Shown in pieces: positions 13,295 to 28,110 of a DNA stretch of 64,000 nucleotides (position 1 is its first letter; each line of letters starts with the position of its first letter). Made by a program: the position numbers and the translations under genes. This DNA is from Octopus vulgaris (taxonomy: Eukaryota), in NCBI GenBank assembly GCA_951406725.2, contig OX597825.1, forward strand, positions 56,544,001-56,608,000, read 5' to 3'. The notes below the pieces were generated by a model. It ran no database searches. It was not told the DNA's origin and was given only the letters and a program-made list of their open reading frames with translations.

Positions 13295-14436
13295 TATGTG
13301 CTTTTTATATCAGCTATACCCTCACACCAATTTCTCTCACTACACTCACCACGTATTTCCACGTTCACTGCAAATAATACGCATATTTTTCGTATACATG
13401 CAATAATACACACATTAGAGGCACTTATAAAAAGCATATATACAGTTTTACTCACACATTACACACAAAACACAAACACAATGCGCCACAGAAGCATACC
13501 TCCCCGCACACTCATACTTCACATACATTTCTATATACAAAACATACATACACATATACAATACACACACTTTACGAACACAACATACACACATTTTATA
13601 TTCATATATTATATATACACGCCACATATGCATATACACCATGCGCATATACTCCAATACACACACAGACACACAAACACAGACACACACACACTCTCAC
13701 ACACATGTATGCTATAATTTACGCACTCTTCATACACACACACGTGCACAAATACATATACCTGCACATATACACACAGATAGAAACGAACTCAACAGTC
13801 ACTCACACAAACACGAAAATTTAAATACACATACATCTACACAGAAAACATGCCCTATACACACCTACCACTTTACACACACACACACAACGCATACAAT
13901 AGATACACATTGTATATACACATACGCATTCACCCACTCACGCATTCATTTAAAAACACATCATACAGATATACATGCATGTATACACACATTATACACC
14001 CACTACACAGACACACACATCACTTTCCATACATATCACATATCAAACATACCCAGCGCAGTACTTTCTACACCACCATACACATACGCACACATTTAAA
14101 CACACACAGATAATTCACAACATGTACGATCGTAAACACCCACATGTTCATACCCAAATTAACTGTCCATCTATTATCTCCCTTTACAATTGATCTTGTG
14201 CTCTTTTTTTACTTCTCTTCGCCATCTTCAGTTGGCCATTCATTTTACATCATGCCATCATTTTAAATACACATGTTTATTTTTTCGTTCCTTTCCTTTT
14301 TGTTTTTGTTAATTTTTCTCTAGCTTTCTTTGAAGAGGCAATCCTCGTTTTTGCTTTTTCTTCGTCCAGCTTTAAACTAATATTATAAATCGTCCATTTC
14401 AATTTTCTTGGTTTGTTTTCTCCCTAAAAGCTTTTA

Positions 14437-14495
<59 letters not shown>

Positions 14496-14805
14496 GCATT
14501 CTCAAGTTATGTTGTACTGACCTGCCCAGAATAAGGGCGAAATAGCGCTATCTACAACTACGAAAAATATAGTAGTATGCAATAAATGGATTTTATGAAA
14601 ATATGGAAGCAACATACACTCTTTCACTCATAGGAAAAAGACCTCTCAGGATAAGGAAAGAAACAATAGGTAGGATACAAACCCTAAAGCGGTTCTCTCT
14701 CCTTAAAGAAAATGTTCACCCTCTTTGCCATCTCACAAAATGTGATACTCAAGTAGATGTTACATATACTTTTTAATAACAGTTTGGATCGGTTCAATAC
14801 AACGA

Positions 14806-14879
14806 ACTCATCTCTGCAAGCCTGACGAGATAGGTTCGTCTGGCGGACCTAGGAAACTTTAAGTTGCATTGAGACGAGT
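14806..14879 (+). ncRNA. Type I hammerhead-ribozyme-like motif (degenerate)
   Basis: CTGACGA (14822), stem II TAGGTTCG/CGGACCTA, GAAAC (14853), short stem III, distal stem I ACTCATCTC/GAGACGAGT; the 10.1-11.1 pair is broken. Confidence 0.5.
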
Positions 14880-15599
14880 CACTAATTAAATAATATTAAA
14901 TAATATAAATGTATACAAACATATATATACATTATATACTTATATATGTGTGTGTATGCATGTGTGCATATATTTATATATGTAAATGAATGTACTTGTA
15001 TGTGTGTGTATATATATATGTATGTGTAGATATATATTATATATACATATATATATATACACATACGTACGTGCATATGTCTGTGTGTGTGTCAGTATAA
15101 ACTTGTGCGTGAGAGAGAGAACGGGAGTAAGAGCGAGAGCTAAAAGCAAGAGACATCGTGACAGATTTAGACAAAGAAATATATATAAATATATCCGTTT
15201 GTGTGTGTGTATGTGTGTGTGTGCGTGTGTTTGTGCGTGTATGTTTTTGTGTGCGTGTGTGTGTGTATGTATGTGTTTGTATACACACACACACACATAT
15301 ATATATATTTATACATTCGTATAAGAGACAGACGAAAAGAGAGGAGGGAACTAGGGACATCGAAAGTCAGACAGGCAAACAGACAGAAAGTTTTTGATCA
15401 AAGACGCAAAGAAAGTAAATAAACAGTACAATGGTGAGTAGAAAGAAATAGAATGTGGGTCGAAGGTAGAGGTGGTGTCGGGACGGGGTGGTAGGTGTAG
15501 GGTTAATTATCTAATTAATAAAAATGAGAATCTTTCCTATTGTCTCTAATCATATTAGTGTTACAAGTCATCCTTAAATTTCCTAGAGGGATTCTTGAT

Positions 15600-15790
15600 T
15601 CCCTGCATCACCATCACTAATACCACCAACCACTACCACATGCTTTCGTCAAAACTAACAGTACCACCACCACCACCAATACCAATACCACCATCACTAC
15701 CATCTTGTTTCGTTACAACACCACCACAACCACCATCAATGCAATGGTGACAACTATCATCTCGATCATTAACGGCAGCACTATCATCAT

Positions 15791-15849
<59 letters not shown>

Positions 15850-15860
15850 ACATCATCATT

Positions 15861-15894
<34 letters not shown>

Positions 15895-17200
15895 CCACCA
15901 CCACTATAATCAACATTATTACAACCAACAACACCATTATAAATACCACCACTACTGCTAACAAGAAGATGAAGAATTCTAAGCGTCTCCATCTCTGCCA
16001 ATACTACCAAATATCCTTACCACCACCATCAGAAACATCTTCCACAAACACCATCCCATCCCCACCACCACAACCCACCACCATCTCCACCACAATCACC
16101 GCCAATGCCGTCAACTTTGTCAGCACATCACTAATGATATCACCACCACCCACCATCACCATCACCATTATCAACACCACTATTACCAACATCACCACTG
16201 CCGCCGCTGTCTCCATCACCACCATCGCCACTGTTAGCTCTACGTGCAATAACAAACAACAATAACCATCAACCATCACAACCATTCCCTCACTACTGCT
16301 ACTACTATCTCCCCAACTATCACCTTAATCACCACCACAACCAACAACAACAACGCCAATGACCCAGCTACTAACATCATCATCATCATCATCATCATTA
16401 TAAGCACTACTACTACTACTACTACAATTCTATCCACCAACACCACCACTAACCCCGCTAACGTCAACAACACTACAACACACGCAACAACATCGCCGTC
16501 ATAAATAATAACAAGAACACGACTGCTCATATAAATACTAACACACCAACAATACCATTATCACAGTCACCACCACCAACAACACAAACATTACCACCAT
16601 GACCACCACTACCACTAACACCACCAACACTGCCAACGCCACCACCACCACCTTATCCACCAACACCAACACTACGACCACCACAACCAGCACTACCATT
16701 GCCACCATAAACATAACTACCTCCAGCTCCACCACCACCACCAACACAAAGACTACCACCACTGCAACTGCCATCACCCATACAAACGCTATCACCACCA
16801 ACACCATCACTACTACTCATAAACCAACAACAACAACACCGCTACAACCAATACAACTATTACAACTATCACCAACAGTAACATGCCCATTACCATCACC
16901 GACACCACCAGTACCTCTACCAACACCAACACGACCACCATCACCAACAACACGACCACCACCAACACTACCACTACAACCACTACCATTACCACACGAA
17001 CACGAAAGCTAGCACCACCACCTCTGATAATCTCCAAGACCAATACTACTACCGCTACAACTACCACTACCCCCACCACCATTACTATCACCGACACCAT
17101 CAGTACTACTACCAACACCAGCAAGACCACCTCCAACGCGAACACTACCACCATCACCAATACCGCTACCAACCCACCACCAACACAAACACTACAATCA
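15600..17200. repeat. Compound (CAT)n/(CAC)n/(CAA)n low-complexity tract
   Basis: About 1.6 kb of degenerate trinucleotide repeats; source of the poly-T/I/V/M/D ORFs. Confidence 0.9.
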
Positions 17201-17522
17201 CAGCTCACCACTTTCCTCCATTCTTTCCCACAATGCTTCAGTGGAGTTTCTCCCTCTTTACCATTCTGCCTTGTTCTAGCTGCTACCACTTCCAAGTAAG
17301 CATTGTGCCAGATAAAGAGCGATTTCCTGCAAAGCCCTGATGTTTCTAACAATACATCTAACACCAGCAGACTTCGACAACAACGGAACCAATATATTTC
17401 TGAAAATGGTTACTTCCGTTTTGACAAAATATTAAAATATATCTATATCAATATCAGTTTGTTTTTGTATGTATGCATATGTATACATATATTTGAGTGT
17501 ATATATGTATGTATATATATGC

Positions 17523-17567
<45 letters not shown>

Positions 17568-19149
17568 TATGTATATGTATATATATATTGTATACACAAG
17601 CATGTTATACGTGTATATTTATATACACATACATGCATCAAGTATACATATGTATTAATATAAAATATGCTCTTATCTCAATTAACACAAGTCTACGCAT
17701 GCGCACTACAGTATTGCTCTGTGTGTGTGTGTGTGTGTACATAGAGGCAAATGTAGCTGAGTGCGGTTTTGTGTGCTTGTATATGAATGCGATTGAGTGT
17801 TTAGGCGAGTGTGTGCGTGCACATGCATGTTTGTATGTGTGTGTGTGTGTGTGTTTCCCTTGTTGATTAGTTAGGTAACACAGCTGCCATAAATGTAATA
17901 TGGTTCACCTTTAGTTTGTGCTATTGACTGTAACATAAACGCCCACGCTCTCTATCTCTACTCACACGCACGCACATACACACAAACACACACACACATA
18001 TGTGTATGTTTGCATATCATACATGTATACAGGAACTCTGAGGAGAAATACCCTTCATCAGCTGCCGACTGGTGGCGACGACGATTTTGAAACTATCACT
18101 ACTATCACTTCCTTCCCGCCATCTTTGTTGCACAGAATTTATGCTACCACAAATTGTCGCTACAGATACTTTCAGTACATATCGTAGCACAATTTTAGCT
18201 CAGTATGTTGGCGGCTCGTTATGATGGAGTTCCAGTCTCTTGTATTTTCTCATGCTTCACTTTATACATCCTCTTCCATTTTTACAATTTCCAGCAACTC
18301 CTTCACCCCATTCTTCGATCTTCAATCCTTCTCCATCACAGCATAGAAGCGAGATAGTACTATTGCTTGAAATCTGTGGGTGGCCTTGTGCTGGCGGAGA
18401 ATTTCGGCTTTCTCAACATCAGTCTTAGGTGAACTTTCACCGATTGTGCTCGACTCAAGAAACAACTGTAAGATCAGCTGTGATCTCCAGCTTTAGTGTC
18501 TGCTACAGGTTACCTTTCACTATATCTTAATTACTTTTCCTTCTTTTCTATGTAGAAGAATTTCTAATGATGTTTACTACAATAACTTTCACAACTGGGC
18601 TTTTTGTCCCACACCACCAGTCTGGTTTGTTTCATCTCTGCATCTTCAATGAAGCACAGTTCTAGAAAATCTTCCAATATTTGAGGGATATTTGGATTTA
18701 GTTGTTTATATAGACCCCATCCGACCACATGTTGTTGTCAGTTATCTCTACTCTCACAACATGCTTATACTCTCTCACACAGATGACAGTAAGTTACTGA
18801 TACATTCACCTTTGACCTCAAATCGCTATCTAACCCAAGGTTATTACTGATCGAGAGCGAGCAATCTTAAATACCACTCGGGAAGAAGTGACCATAATCG
18901 TTTGAATTGCTCCATCTGTATGAGTAATATTTTAATCCCTCAGTATTTAGCTGGTATTCATTTTATTCGGGGGTAATAAAAAGTAAGCATCGTCTGTCTG
19001 TAGGAGGAATTGAATATGGAAGCTTGAATTAATACTAATATATGACTGGTATTTTATCAATGGTGATCATAACGTAAATAGCCATAACTAAATAGCATAA
19101 GTCTATTTATTCCGGTACTCTATCACCTTCTTATGTAACAATGAATAAG

Positions 19150-19585
19150 GTTTTCAAATTTTTACACAAGGCCAACAATTTTAGATGAAGGGAGTAAGCC
19201 GATTATATCTACGCCAGTGGTCCACTTATACTTATTTTGTCGACCCCCGAAAGGATAAAAGGCGAATTTGACCGCAGTGGGAGATGTGCTCCGAACACGA
19301 GGAGTTGGGATGAATACCTGTAAGTATTTCCTCTAACACGCTAACGATTTAGCCAGCTAGCTGCTTTATTGAACTATGAATAATCCTTTCTACTGTTGGC
19401 ACTAGATCAGAAATTTTAGGAGGGGAGATAATCGATTACATTAACCCAAGTGCTCAACTGGCTCTTATTTTATCGGTGAAAAGCAATGCCGATCTCGGTG
19501 GAATTTGAACTTAGAACGTAAAACCGGAAAAAGTGCCGCGAAGCCTTTTGCCCGGCTTGCTAACGATTCTACCAGCTCATCGCAT
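19150..19585 (-). mobile_element. Two tandem, old SINE family A copies
   Basis: GTCGACCCCCGAAAGGATAAAAGGC and GGAATTTGAACTTAGAACG cores; GCTAACGATT..GCCAGCT heads. Confidence 0.7.
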
Positions 19586-20627
19586 TTTATTTAGTTATGA
19601 ATAATAAAATGCTACCAATTAAAATATTCGACTGCCTGTCCAGCACTTTATAGCCTCGGAGAGTCCAGCGAGGTTAACTTCGACTTTCTTTGATAAAGTA
19701 TCAGTGTTATAATGGGGTTGACTACAACATATATACTTCCTCGACCTCGTACAAATGTAAAATAAAACAGACGCTTTGAATAATATAGTTCTAGATACAC
19801 TCTCTGAATAAAATAATAGATCGTTGAAACGAATTATGTGAATGAGTAACTAAGCGTATGAGCAAATGACTGATGGAATACACGTTCGTTATTAAACTAA
19901 ATGCCCACCTATTGACTAAACAACACTTCACAAAACTAAATGGAAGAGATAGACTCCATAGTGAAATAAAACAATGTTATTCACGTAGAAATTAACGTTG
20001 AACTTTTCTGAAATGTATTGTCAAACTATTCAAATATTGATGGAAGAACATGATGACTTTATGAGTTGCAGATAAATCCAACAGCCGACGATCATCCGGG
20101 TCGTGACATTGAGGTCATCTAATACAGGCATTTACTTGATAAAATATTTTGTCAGCCATAGAACATTTGATTGCATACAACCCGCCTCTCTCTAGCCCAC
20201 TCCGGTACACTCTTGGCCCAATCCGGCACAGTCCAGTTGTTTCAGTTGATATTGTAACTGACTACAACTACGTGTTTTTAGCAATTGGTATCTAATATTG
20301 ATGAGATGCTCACTGAAGATGCAGAAGATGAAGCAGACGACGACGACGGCGACAACGGCGCTGACGATGGTGATGATAATGATGACTATGACCACGTTTT
20401 CCGATAACTACAGCGTATACATAATATACGAGAATCTGAAATACCGCCTTTTCCTGTTGAAGAAGAAACACTATTGTTAAAATGAGAACTGAAGTATAAG
20501 TCCGGGTGATTACACACAAACACACGCGCACACAGCCACACACACGCGCGCGCGCCTACACACATGCACATATATATATTTGTATGTGTATATATATATA
20601 TATATTTATGTGTGTGTATACAAATAT

Positions 20628-20696
<69 letters not shown>

Positions 20697-21112
20697 TATA
20701 TATGTATGTATGTATGTCTTTATGTGTTACACGCCGCACACACATAGTAAGTGGGTGAGAGCAAAATAGGCTTAGCAGCTTTAACTAAGCATCGGTAACA
20801 CAGACTAGTGCTCGAATTGATGGGAACCCCAACTACTTCATCCAGGACCGGCCCTCTGTATCGAAAGTTAGCTATTAAGTACAACCCTTTTTTGTTACAG
20901 TAGGCCTGAGACTATATTTACGGGGAACACAAAATACAGAATACAGAAAAAGCAAACAAAACAGACAATAGAAATGATGTCCATTAGTCCATTACATGTA
21001 TGTGTGTGTGTGTGTGTGTGGATTAAAGCACATTCATTATTCATGTTATCCACAGTGGATCTACATCAGAATATTCTCAGTGTTTATTGAGTTTATAATT
21101 GAAGAAGGAAAC

Positions 21113-21580
21113 AGAAGATGGATTTAGTATGAATCTTCATTCAACACGACGATCGTTTCGATCTATCCTGCGGCTGTCCCTTTGGGGTAGGATATTGTGC
21201 ATCCAGCACATGCACAATATCCTACCCCTAAGGGACAGTGCAATCATTTCAGCTGTAAAAACAAATATATACCATTAGATTTACTGAGTTCTCCTTGACA
21301 TGTTCTCGCTCGTTGTACGTTAGGATCGTACTCCTAAGGGACAGCTGCAGGATGGGCCGAAACGATCATCGTGCTCAATAAAATTCGTAATACATCCATT
21401 TTCCGTTCTTGAGATATCTTGTCCACAGACAAACAAACACGACTGAAAACAATACCGCTGCCTTCGCTAAGACGGAGGTAATAATTTGATTAAGTAACCA
21501 GAAACTGGATTTGGTATTAGTCTTTATTTTGTACGACGATTGCTTCGCCCCATCCTGCTACTGTCTCTTATGGGTGGGGC
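21113..21580. repeat. Three copies of an 80-bp unit in alternating orientation plus a 29-bp near-perfect hairpin
   Basis: Units at 21113-21190, 21329-21405 (inverted) and 21503-21580; hairpin 21174-21238 with 28/29 pairs. Confidence 0.8.
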
Positions 21581-21803
21581 TCCGTGCATCATGTTGTGTT
21601 GCATCCATTTTTCAGTCTGGATTACATCAGGTACATCCATGAATAAAGTGGTGTCTCGGTAAAGATCTTGAGTTCGGACAGTCATGCTGCTATTTGCCCG
21701 TCGAGTTAGATTTTATAACTCGAAGGGCAAATAGTGCACTAATTAATACACTGATCGACATATAACCCTTATTCCAAAATATTACATATATATGTGTGTA
21801 TAC

Positions 21804-21857
<54 letters not shown>

Positions 21858-21860
<3 letters not shown>

Positions 21861-22160
21861 ACGGCAGACGATATACCGCTAAGCATTTCGCCCGGCGTGC
21901 TAACGTTTCTGCCTGCTCACTGCGTTAAAAATGAATTTCTTTATGTATGATAAACATCACTTAATATTTTTCCCACTCTAGGCACAAGGCCCGAAATTTT
22001 TTTTTGGGGGGGGGACCAGTCTATTAGATCGACTTCAGTACGCAACTAGTACTTAATTTATCGACCCCGAAAGGATGAATGGCAAAGTCGACCTTGGCGG
22101 AATTTGAACTCACAACGTAAAGACAGACGAAATACCGCTAGGCATTTCGCCCGGCGTGCC
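21858..22160 (-). mobile_element. SINE family A: head fragment (21858-21923) and second copy (21969-22160)
   Basis: ATCGACCCCGAAAGGATGAATGGCAAAGTCGACC core; GCATTTCGCCCGGCGTGC occurs twice. Confidence 0.8.
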
Positions 22161-22371
22161 AAGCCTTTCTTTTCATTTGACAACTTAATAACGGATTGCA
22201 AACAATCCTGAACACTTATAAATAACATTTGAGCAGCATCTGAACCCGAAACCACAAGGTTGCAAAGCTAGCTTCTTAACCACACAGCCATAATAAACTT
22301 ACAATTTTAGAGACTTGGGATTTGTTTTGAAAGAATTTTTATTTGAGACCATGTTTGAAATCAATAATGTC

Positions 22372-22802
22372 ATATTGGGGAATAGTCATAATCTATAAAG
22401 CCTATAAACACACACCACCCGTTATTGTTTGCGTAGATTTTAGTTCATTTTCTTTTACTGAAGTAGTTGTTTGTTTATGTCCCAACCCCATCCCTCCAAA
22501 ATATGTTTCACTACACCGATCTATAACATTTTCAATGGGTGTACATTTTTTTTCTTTTGAAAGAACACATAGTATAGAGACATATCAACGGTAAAATCAG
22601 TTGAAAACTAAAATTAAAAAGCATTTAAAAGAAAAAATATATATACACTCGATGAGAAGGCTATAGATGGCTGTAGTGGAACATATTTTGGAAGAACATA
22701 AACAAATATCTACTCAGAAAAAGAAAAAGAAATAAGATATAGACAAGCAACAACCGTTGAATGTGTTTGTAGGCTTTATTAATTATGTGTCTTCCCAAAT
22801 AT
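22372..22802. repeat. Diverged long inverted repeat (foldback or MITE-like)
   Basis: Arms 22372-22560 and 22625-22802 align as reverse complements at roughly 70% by eye. Confidence 0.7.
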
Positions 22803-24315
22803 AATAAAAATGCTATTTTAATCGCAGTGTGAAAGTAAACAAAGTAGTTACACAAATTTGTTTGCATTTCATAGCAAGTTAAACCATGGCTGTGAACGCT
22901 GTTTATTTTTTTCAGCGACGCCATTCAAGCAACACTTGCGTACAAGCCTTATGTTAGAGCCAAGTGGGGTTATACCAGACCTTTCAATGTACCCACCTCT
23001 AATTGGTTGCTCCATCTTCTTGAAAACAGAGGGCAAATCTTTCTCAAAGAACACCATAACGTTTAAAAGAAAGGACACTGTATAATATAGGCTCTGATAT
23101 ACAATAAGACCGGATAGTCATATGTGGAAAGCCTTTAATCATCGGTCTGCTCGACCATAATTGATATTGGGCTACACAGTAACAAGAAGAACGAACTACT
23201 ATAATTTTGAAGGTACCCAAACCAGCATCGTTGTACGATAACAGCCAGATATTACATACAATAAATGAACTATTTTAAACAACCAATGACTACATAGACA
23301 GCCAAGTGGAACTGATTTTTTGCTGCAGAAATCTCCTAATCCAGGTACACCCCACAAACGCCATCTTAAGAACATTGTTTTTGCGGACAAACGAGAAAAC
23401 AAGGCATGCAAATATAAATGGATGTAACCGCATCAATAACTTTATTAGCCCCAAATATGTATCATATAATGCTGGGTATGTAATATTAACAATACCTATT
23501 ACTCACTACGGAGTTATGTATCTATCTTTATGAAACAATGCAAGTAATTTATTATGTGGGCTGTCATTCGTTTCACGGTTTCACTCTTCTGTCTTTAATT
23601 AACTGTACATGGTATGTAACATTATAGGAAATATTTCAAAAATATATATATTTTTCATTTTGTCTTTTCTGCTTTCGGTTAAGGTGAATAATGCAATCGA
23701 AGGCTGCATGAGGTATTTCTCTTCAATATTTCTGCTGTAGCATTGAAGCTGCAGGAAAAACCATATATCTGTTTGAAACTGAGATGGAATCAAAACAGTT
23801 CAGCGTGATAAAGTATGGAAGAGAACATAATAACGTGTGAGATTGGGAAGATAGTTGTAGGAAGGAGAAATAAAACAAGTAAAGGATAGATTAAAAGTTA
23901 GGAAAGAAAAGCAAGTAAAGAAGCTCTCAAAGAAAGAAATATCGAATTTTTGTACATATATATGTTTCCTGTCGAGTGAAAGTGGTGTTTTCCAGTTGCG
24001 CTGTAAGTGCTTTTTCATGACAAAACGACAGCATTTCCCGAATATATCTGATTTCGTGTTCCAATAAAGATCTTTGTTCTGAATGTTTCTGAGGATTTTC
24101 CTGTTTTCTACTGTGTACTGACGACATCATTTACTTCCAATTTTGCAAGACCTGGGTTTGTCAAAGATCTTCTGTTTGATACTGTTTTCCCAACATTTTA
24201 CTTTCAATTACACAAAATTTGGAGTTCTTTTCATCTATGCGACTTAGGAAGGATGGGTAATTGTTGTTGTTGCCGTAATTGTACTTGCATACACACACAA
24301 ACAAATACACACACG

Positions 24316-24369
<54 letters not shown>

Positions 24370-24371
24370 CA

Positions 24372-24408
<37 letters not shown>

Positions 24409-24409
24409 T

Positions 24410-24985
24410 GGTCAACTAGTTAAAGTGTTGCTCTCACGATTGTGAGATCAAAGGTTCGATTCGGTTCCCGGATTAGGCAGTAATTTGTGTTCTTGAGCAA
24501 AAGACTGCCACCCACACTGCGCTGCGATGACTTCCACACTTGACATATGGCGCACAGTGCACATGTACAGGGAGAGTCAATTTCATGAATGGTGTGAGCC
24601 AATATATAGCACAAGCATTTGAGTGCTATAAACAAGTCATCTGTGCAAGCAGTTCAGCGTGTATTTGCAAAACCCTCATTCGTCTACGAGTGGACAGCTG
24701 GACACCGACAAATACGAACCATTTGATAAAGATTCTATGTGGTTAATTGACCTACCAGAGGTAATAGCCAAATTTTCCTCAAATCACACCGCAGTCTTAA
24801 AATATGATCTTGAAAGCATTTTGTTATGTAATACTAAATAGAATATGTCTGAAAAGAAAACGGTCGGTTTGTTACGGTTAGAACTCATTTGATCGCAGTT
24901 TTGCTTTTATCTGGACTGACCTGCAGCGCACAAAACACCAGCACCAACAACAACAACCACAACATCGATAACAACAACAACAACC
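24410..24985 (+). mobile_element. Long tRNA-derived SINE, family D-related, old
   Basis: GGTTCGATTC B-box, TGTGTTCTTGAGCAA core, (AAC)n tail; related remnants near 22900-23190 and 34945-35210. Confidence 0.6.
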
Positions 24986-25469
24986 ACATGAGCAAAAATT
25001 ACCATAACGTATCATCTAAGTGACACGATCTCAGGTCACGACCAACTTAAACTGCCATCGACAATTCGTTAATTGAAACTTCTCGAGGTGATAAAGTTTA
25101 ACTTATTTTACCTTCAATTCCATGAATAATAACATGTATCTTTATATATTTTTCATTTTATTTTTCAACTATTTAAATATTTGATAATACACTTTCTGGC
25201 TTCATTTTCATGATTTTCTCTGCGAACCTTTATTGTCTCTGACTTGCTGGAAACTGCGTTATCCGGTATTTAGAAAATGAAAATAAAATTCAATTACCTT
25301 ATCAATATATCTTGGTTTTGCAGAAAGCATCTCCGCTGTTGTGTGATATAGCATTTTTAATCTATTTATCAAAATGGAAAACTGTCTTCGGATAAATCAG
25401 ATACTGGCTCTATTAATCGATTTCAACTCGAAAAGAAGAATACTCCATGTAGCATTTTCTCTCTCTAGG

Positions 25470-25678
25470 TATGTGTGTATCTATCTATCTATATATATAT
25501 ATCTGTGTCTCTTTTGTCTATCTCATGCTCCCTTTACCTCTCACCCTGTGCCGTTACCTCTTTCAGTACACACACACAAACACACACACATAATATATAC
25601 ATGTATATTTGTGTATGTGCGTGTGTGTGTATGCATATATACATATTCTATATATCCAAATATACGTAAATGTGGATA

Positions 25679-25742
<64 letters not shown>

Positions 25743-25951
25743 CATGTATGTATATACATATATATACATGTACATATGTACGTATATATATGTGTGCACA
25801 TATGTATATACACGATATACATATATACACATATATAAAATGATATTATATAAACACACAGATGGGTGTACATATATAGCGAGATATATACATATATAGC
25901 GAGATATATACATCTGTAGAGATATTTAAGTATGCATGTCTATATGTATAT

Positions 25952-25993
<42 letters not shown>

Positions 25994-26371
25994 TATGTAT
26001 GTATATATGTATGTAGTTAGGCAGGCAGGTAGGTAGGTGGGTAGGTAAGTAGGTGGGTAGGTAGGTAGGTAGGTAGGTAGGTAGGTAGGTAGGTAGGTAG
26101 GTAGGTTGGTAGGCAGGTAGGTAAGAACGTACGTACATTTGTACGTATCTTTGTCAGAAAATACCTAATCGTTAGACTAGGATATCAGCAATTCAAAAGA
26201 ATTCAATGCTATTTACTTGCAGAATATACAGGATTCATACTTAATTTTCTTACAAAATAAAGTTTGTTTCGGCTATTAAAAGCCATCTTCAGAGATAACA
26301 GAGCCATTCAAAAGCGCGCATACACACAGACTCTCATATATATGCATAGACACACACACACACATATACAC

Positions 26372-26424
<53 letters not shown>

Positions 26425-26546
26425 TATATGACATATATATATATGACATATACATATTGACATGTACACATGTATATATGTATATACGTACATATCCATA
26501 CTTACGTATATATATATATATACACACATACATATATATATGTATA

Positions 26547-26600
<54 letters not shown>

Positions 26601-26622
26601 TATATGTGAATATATATATATT

Positions 26623-26721
<99 letters not shown>

Positions 26722-27305
26722 ATACATTATATTAATATGTATCGATCTATCCACAAATCGCAGTACGCCAATCTAGCTGAAATTATATATATGCATCTGT
26801 CTATACATCGATGGAATTAAATATTTATTTCTATTCCTCCTCTACTATCTCTCACCGAACCTCCCACTCATGCGCGCATTTTGTCAACCTCTGTCTCCCT
26901 AATTCATGTTCTCACCCTCACACACATACACACACACACACACACACTTTCACCATCTATGCATGCAAACACTCATATCTTCGTGTCTATGTGCATCTAC
27001 GTGTGTATATCCATATCTATGTGTATATCTATATTTATGTGTATATCCATATCTATGTGTATATCTATATTTATCTATCTATCTATTTACATATATATAT
27101 ATGTGTGTATGTATGTATGTATGTATGTATGTATGTATGTATGCATACACACACACACACACACACACAAATGTTCATTTGCATGCATATGAAAAGTACA
27201 CCTCCATGGGTGAACGACGATAAGCAAAATGTTTCATATATAGATTTATAGATTTGCGCTTCTGTATCGATATAGAGAGACTTTCATACATGTATTCTGA
27301 CGACA

Positions 27306-27369
<64 letters not shown>

Positions 27370-27453
27370 GTATATATACGTACAAGTGTATAAGTATAAA
27401 TACATACATTATTTATATACATTTATTTGCATACATATGTGAAAATAAGTACA

Positions 27454-27493
<40 letters not shown>

Positions 27494-27498
27494 CATAC

Positions 27499-27561
<63 letters not shown>

Positions 27562-27568
27562 TACATAC

Positions 27569-27603
<35 letters not shown>

Positions 27604-27810
27604 CATATATATTATATATACATAAAAAATGACATATACATAAATTCGTGTATATATCTACATACACTACATATATGTAAATATGTGAGAATATATATGT
27701 ATGTATGCATGTATGTATGTATGTATGTATGTATGTATGTATGTATGTATGTATGTATGTATGTGTGTGTGTGTGTATGTATTCATGTATGTAGATAGAT
27801 AGATAAATAA

Positions 27811-27882
<72 letters not shown>

Positions 27883-28068
27883 AGTAGGTGCGTCGACGTA
27901 TTTCTGTATGTATATATGAATATGATTTTATAGTTAGGTACACACATGCAGACATACGTGTGTATGTTCATGTCTATTCACAAGTAAGCATATATGTATA
28001 TCTGAATAATGTGAATATAAACATGTTTTATGTGTTTGTGTGTGTGTATCTGTGCCTGTGTGTTTGTC

Positions 28069-28110
<42 letters not shown>

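Noticed and set aside
15633-17364. Mucin-like poly-Thr/Pro and poly-Asp ORFs
   Set aside because: Trinucleotide tract open in many frames on both strands; no supported splice structure
18180-18800. Possible decayed retroelement coding sequence on the minus strand
   Set aside because: Coding-like composition but no diagnostic motif could be read
21405-21485. Terminus resembling non-autonomous DNA elements (CAGACAAACAAAC..GAAAACAATACC..CGGAGGTAATAA)
   Set aside because: Only one end is visible, so the class cannot be assigned
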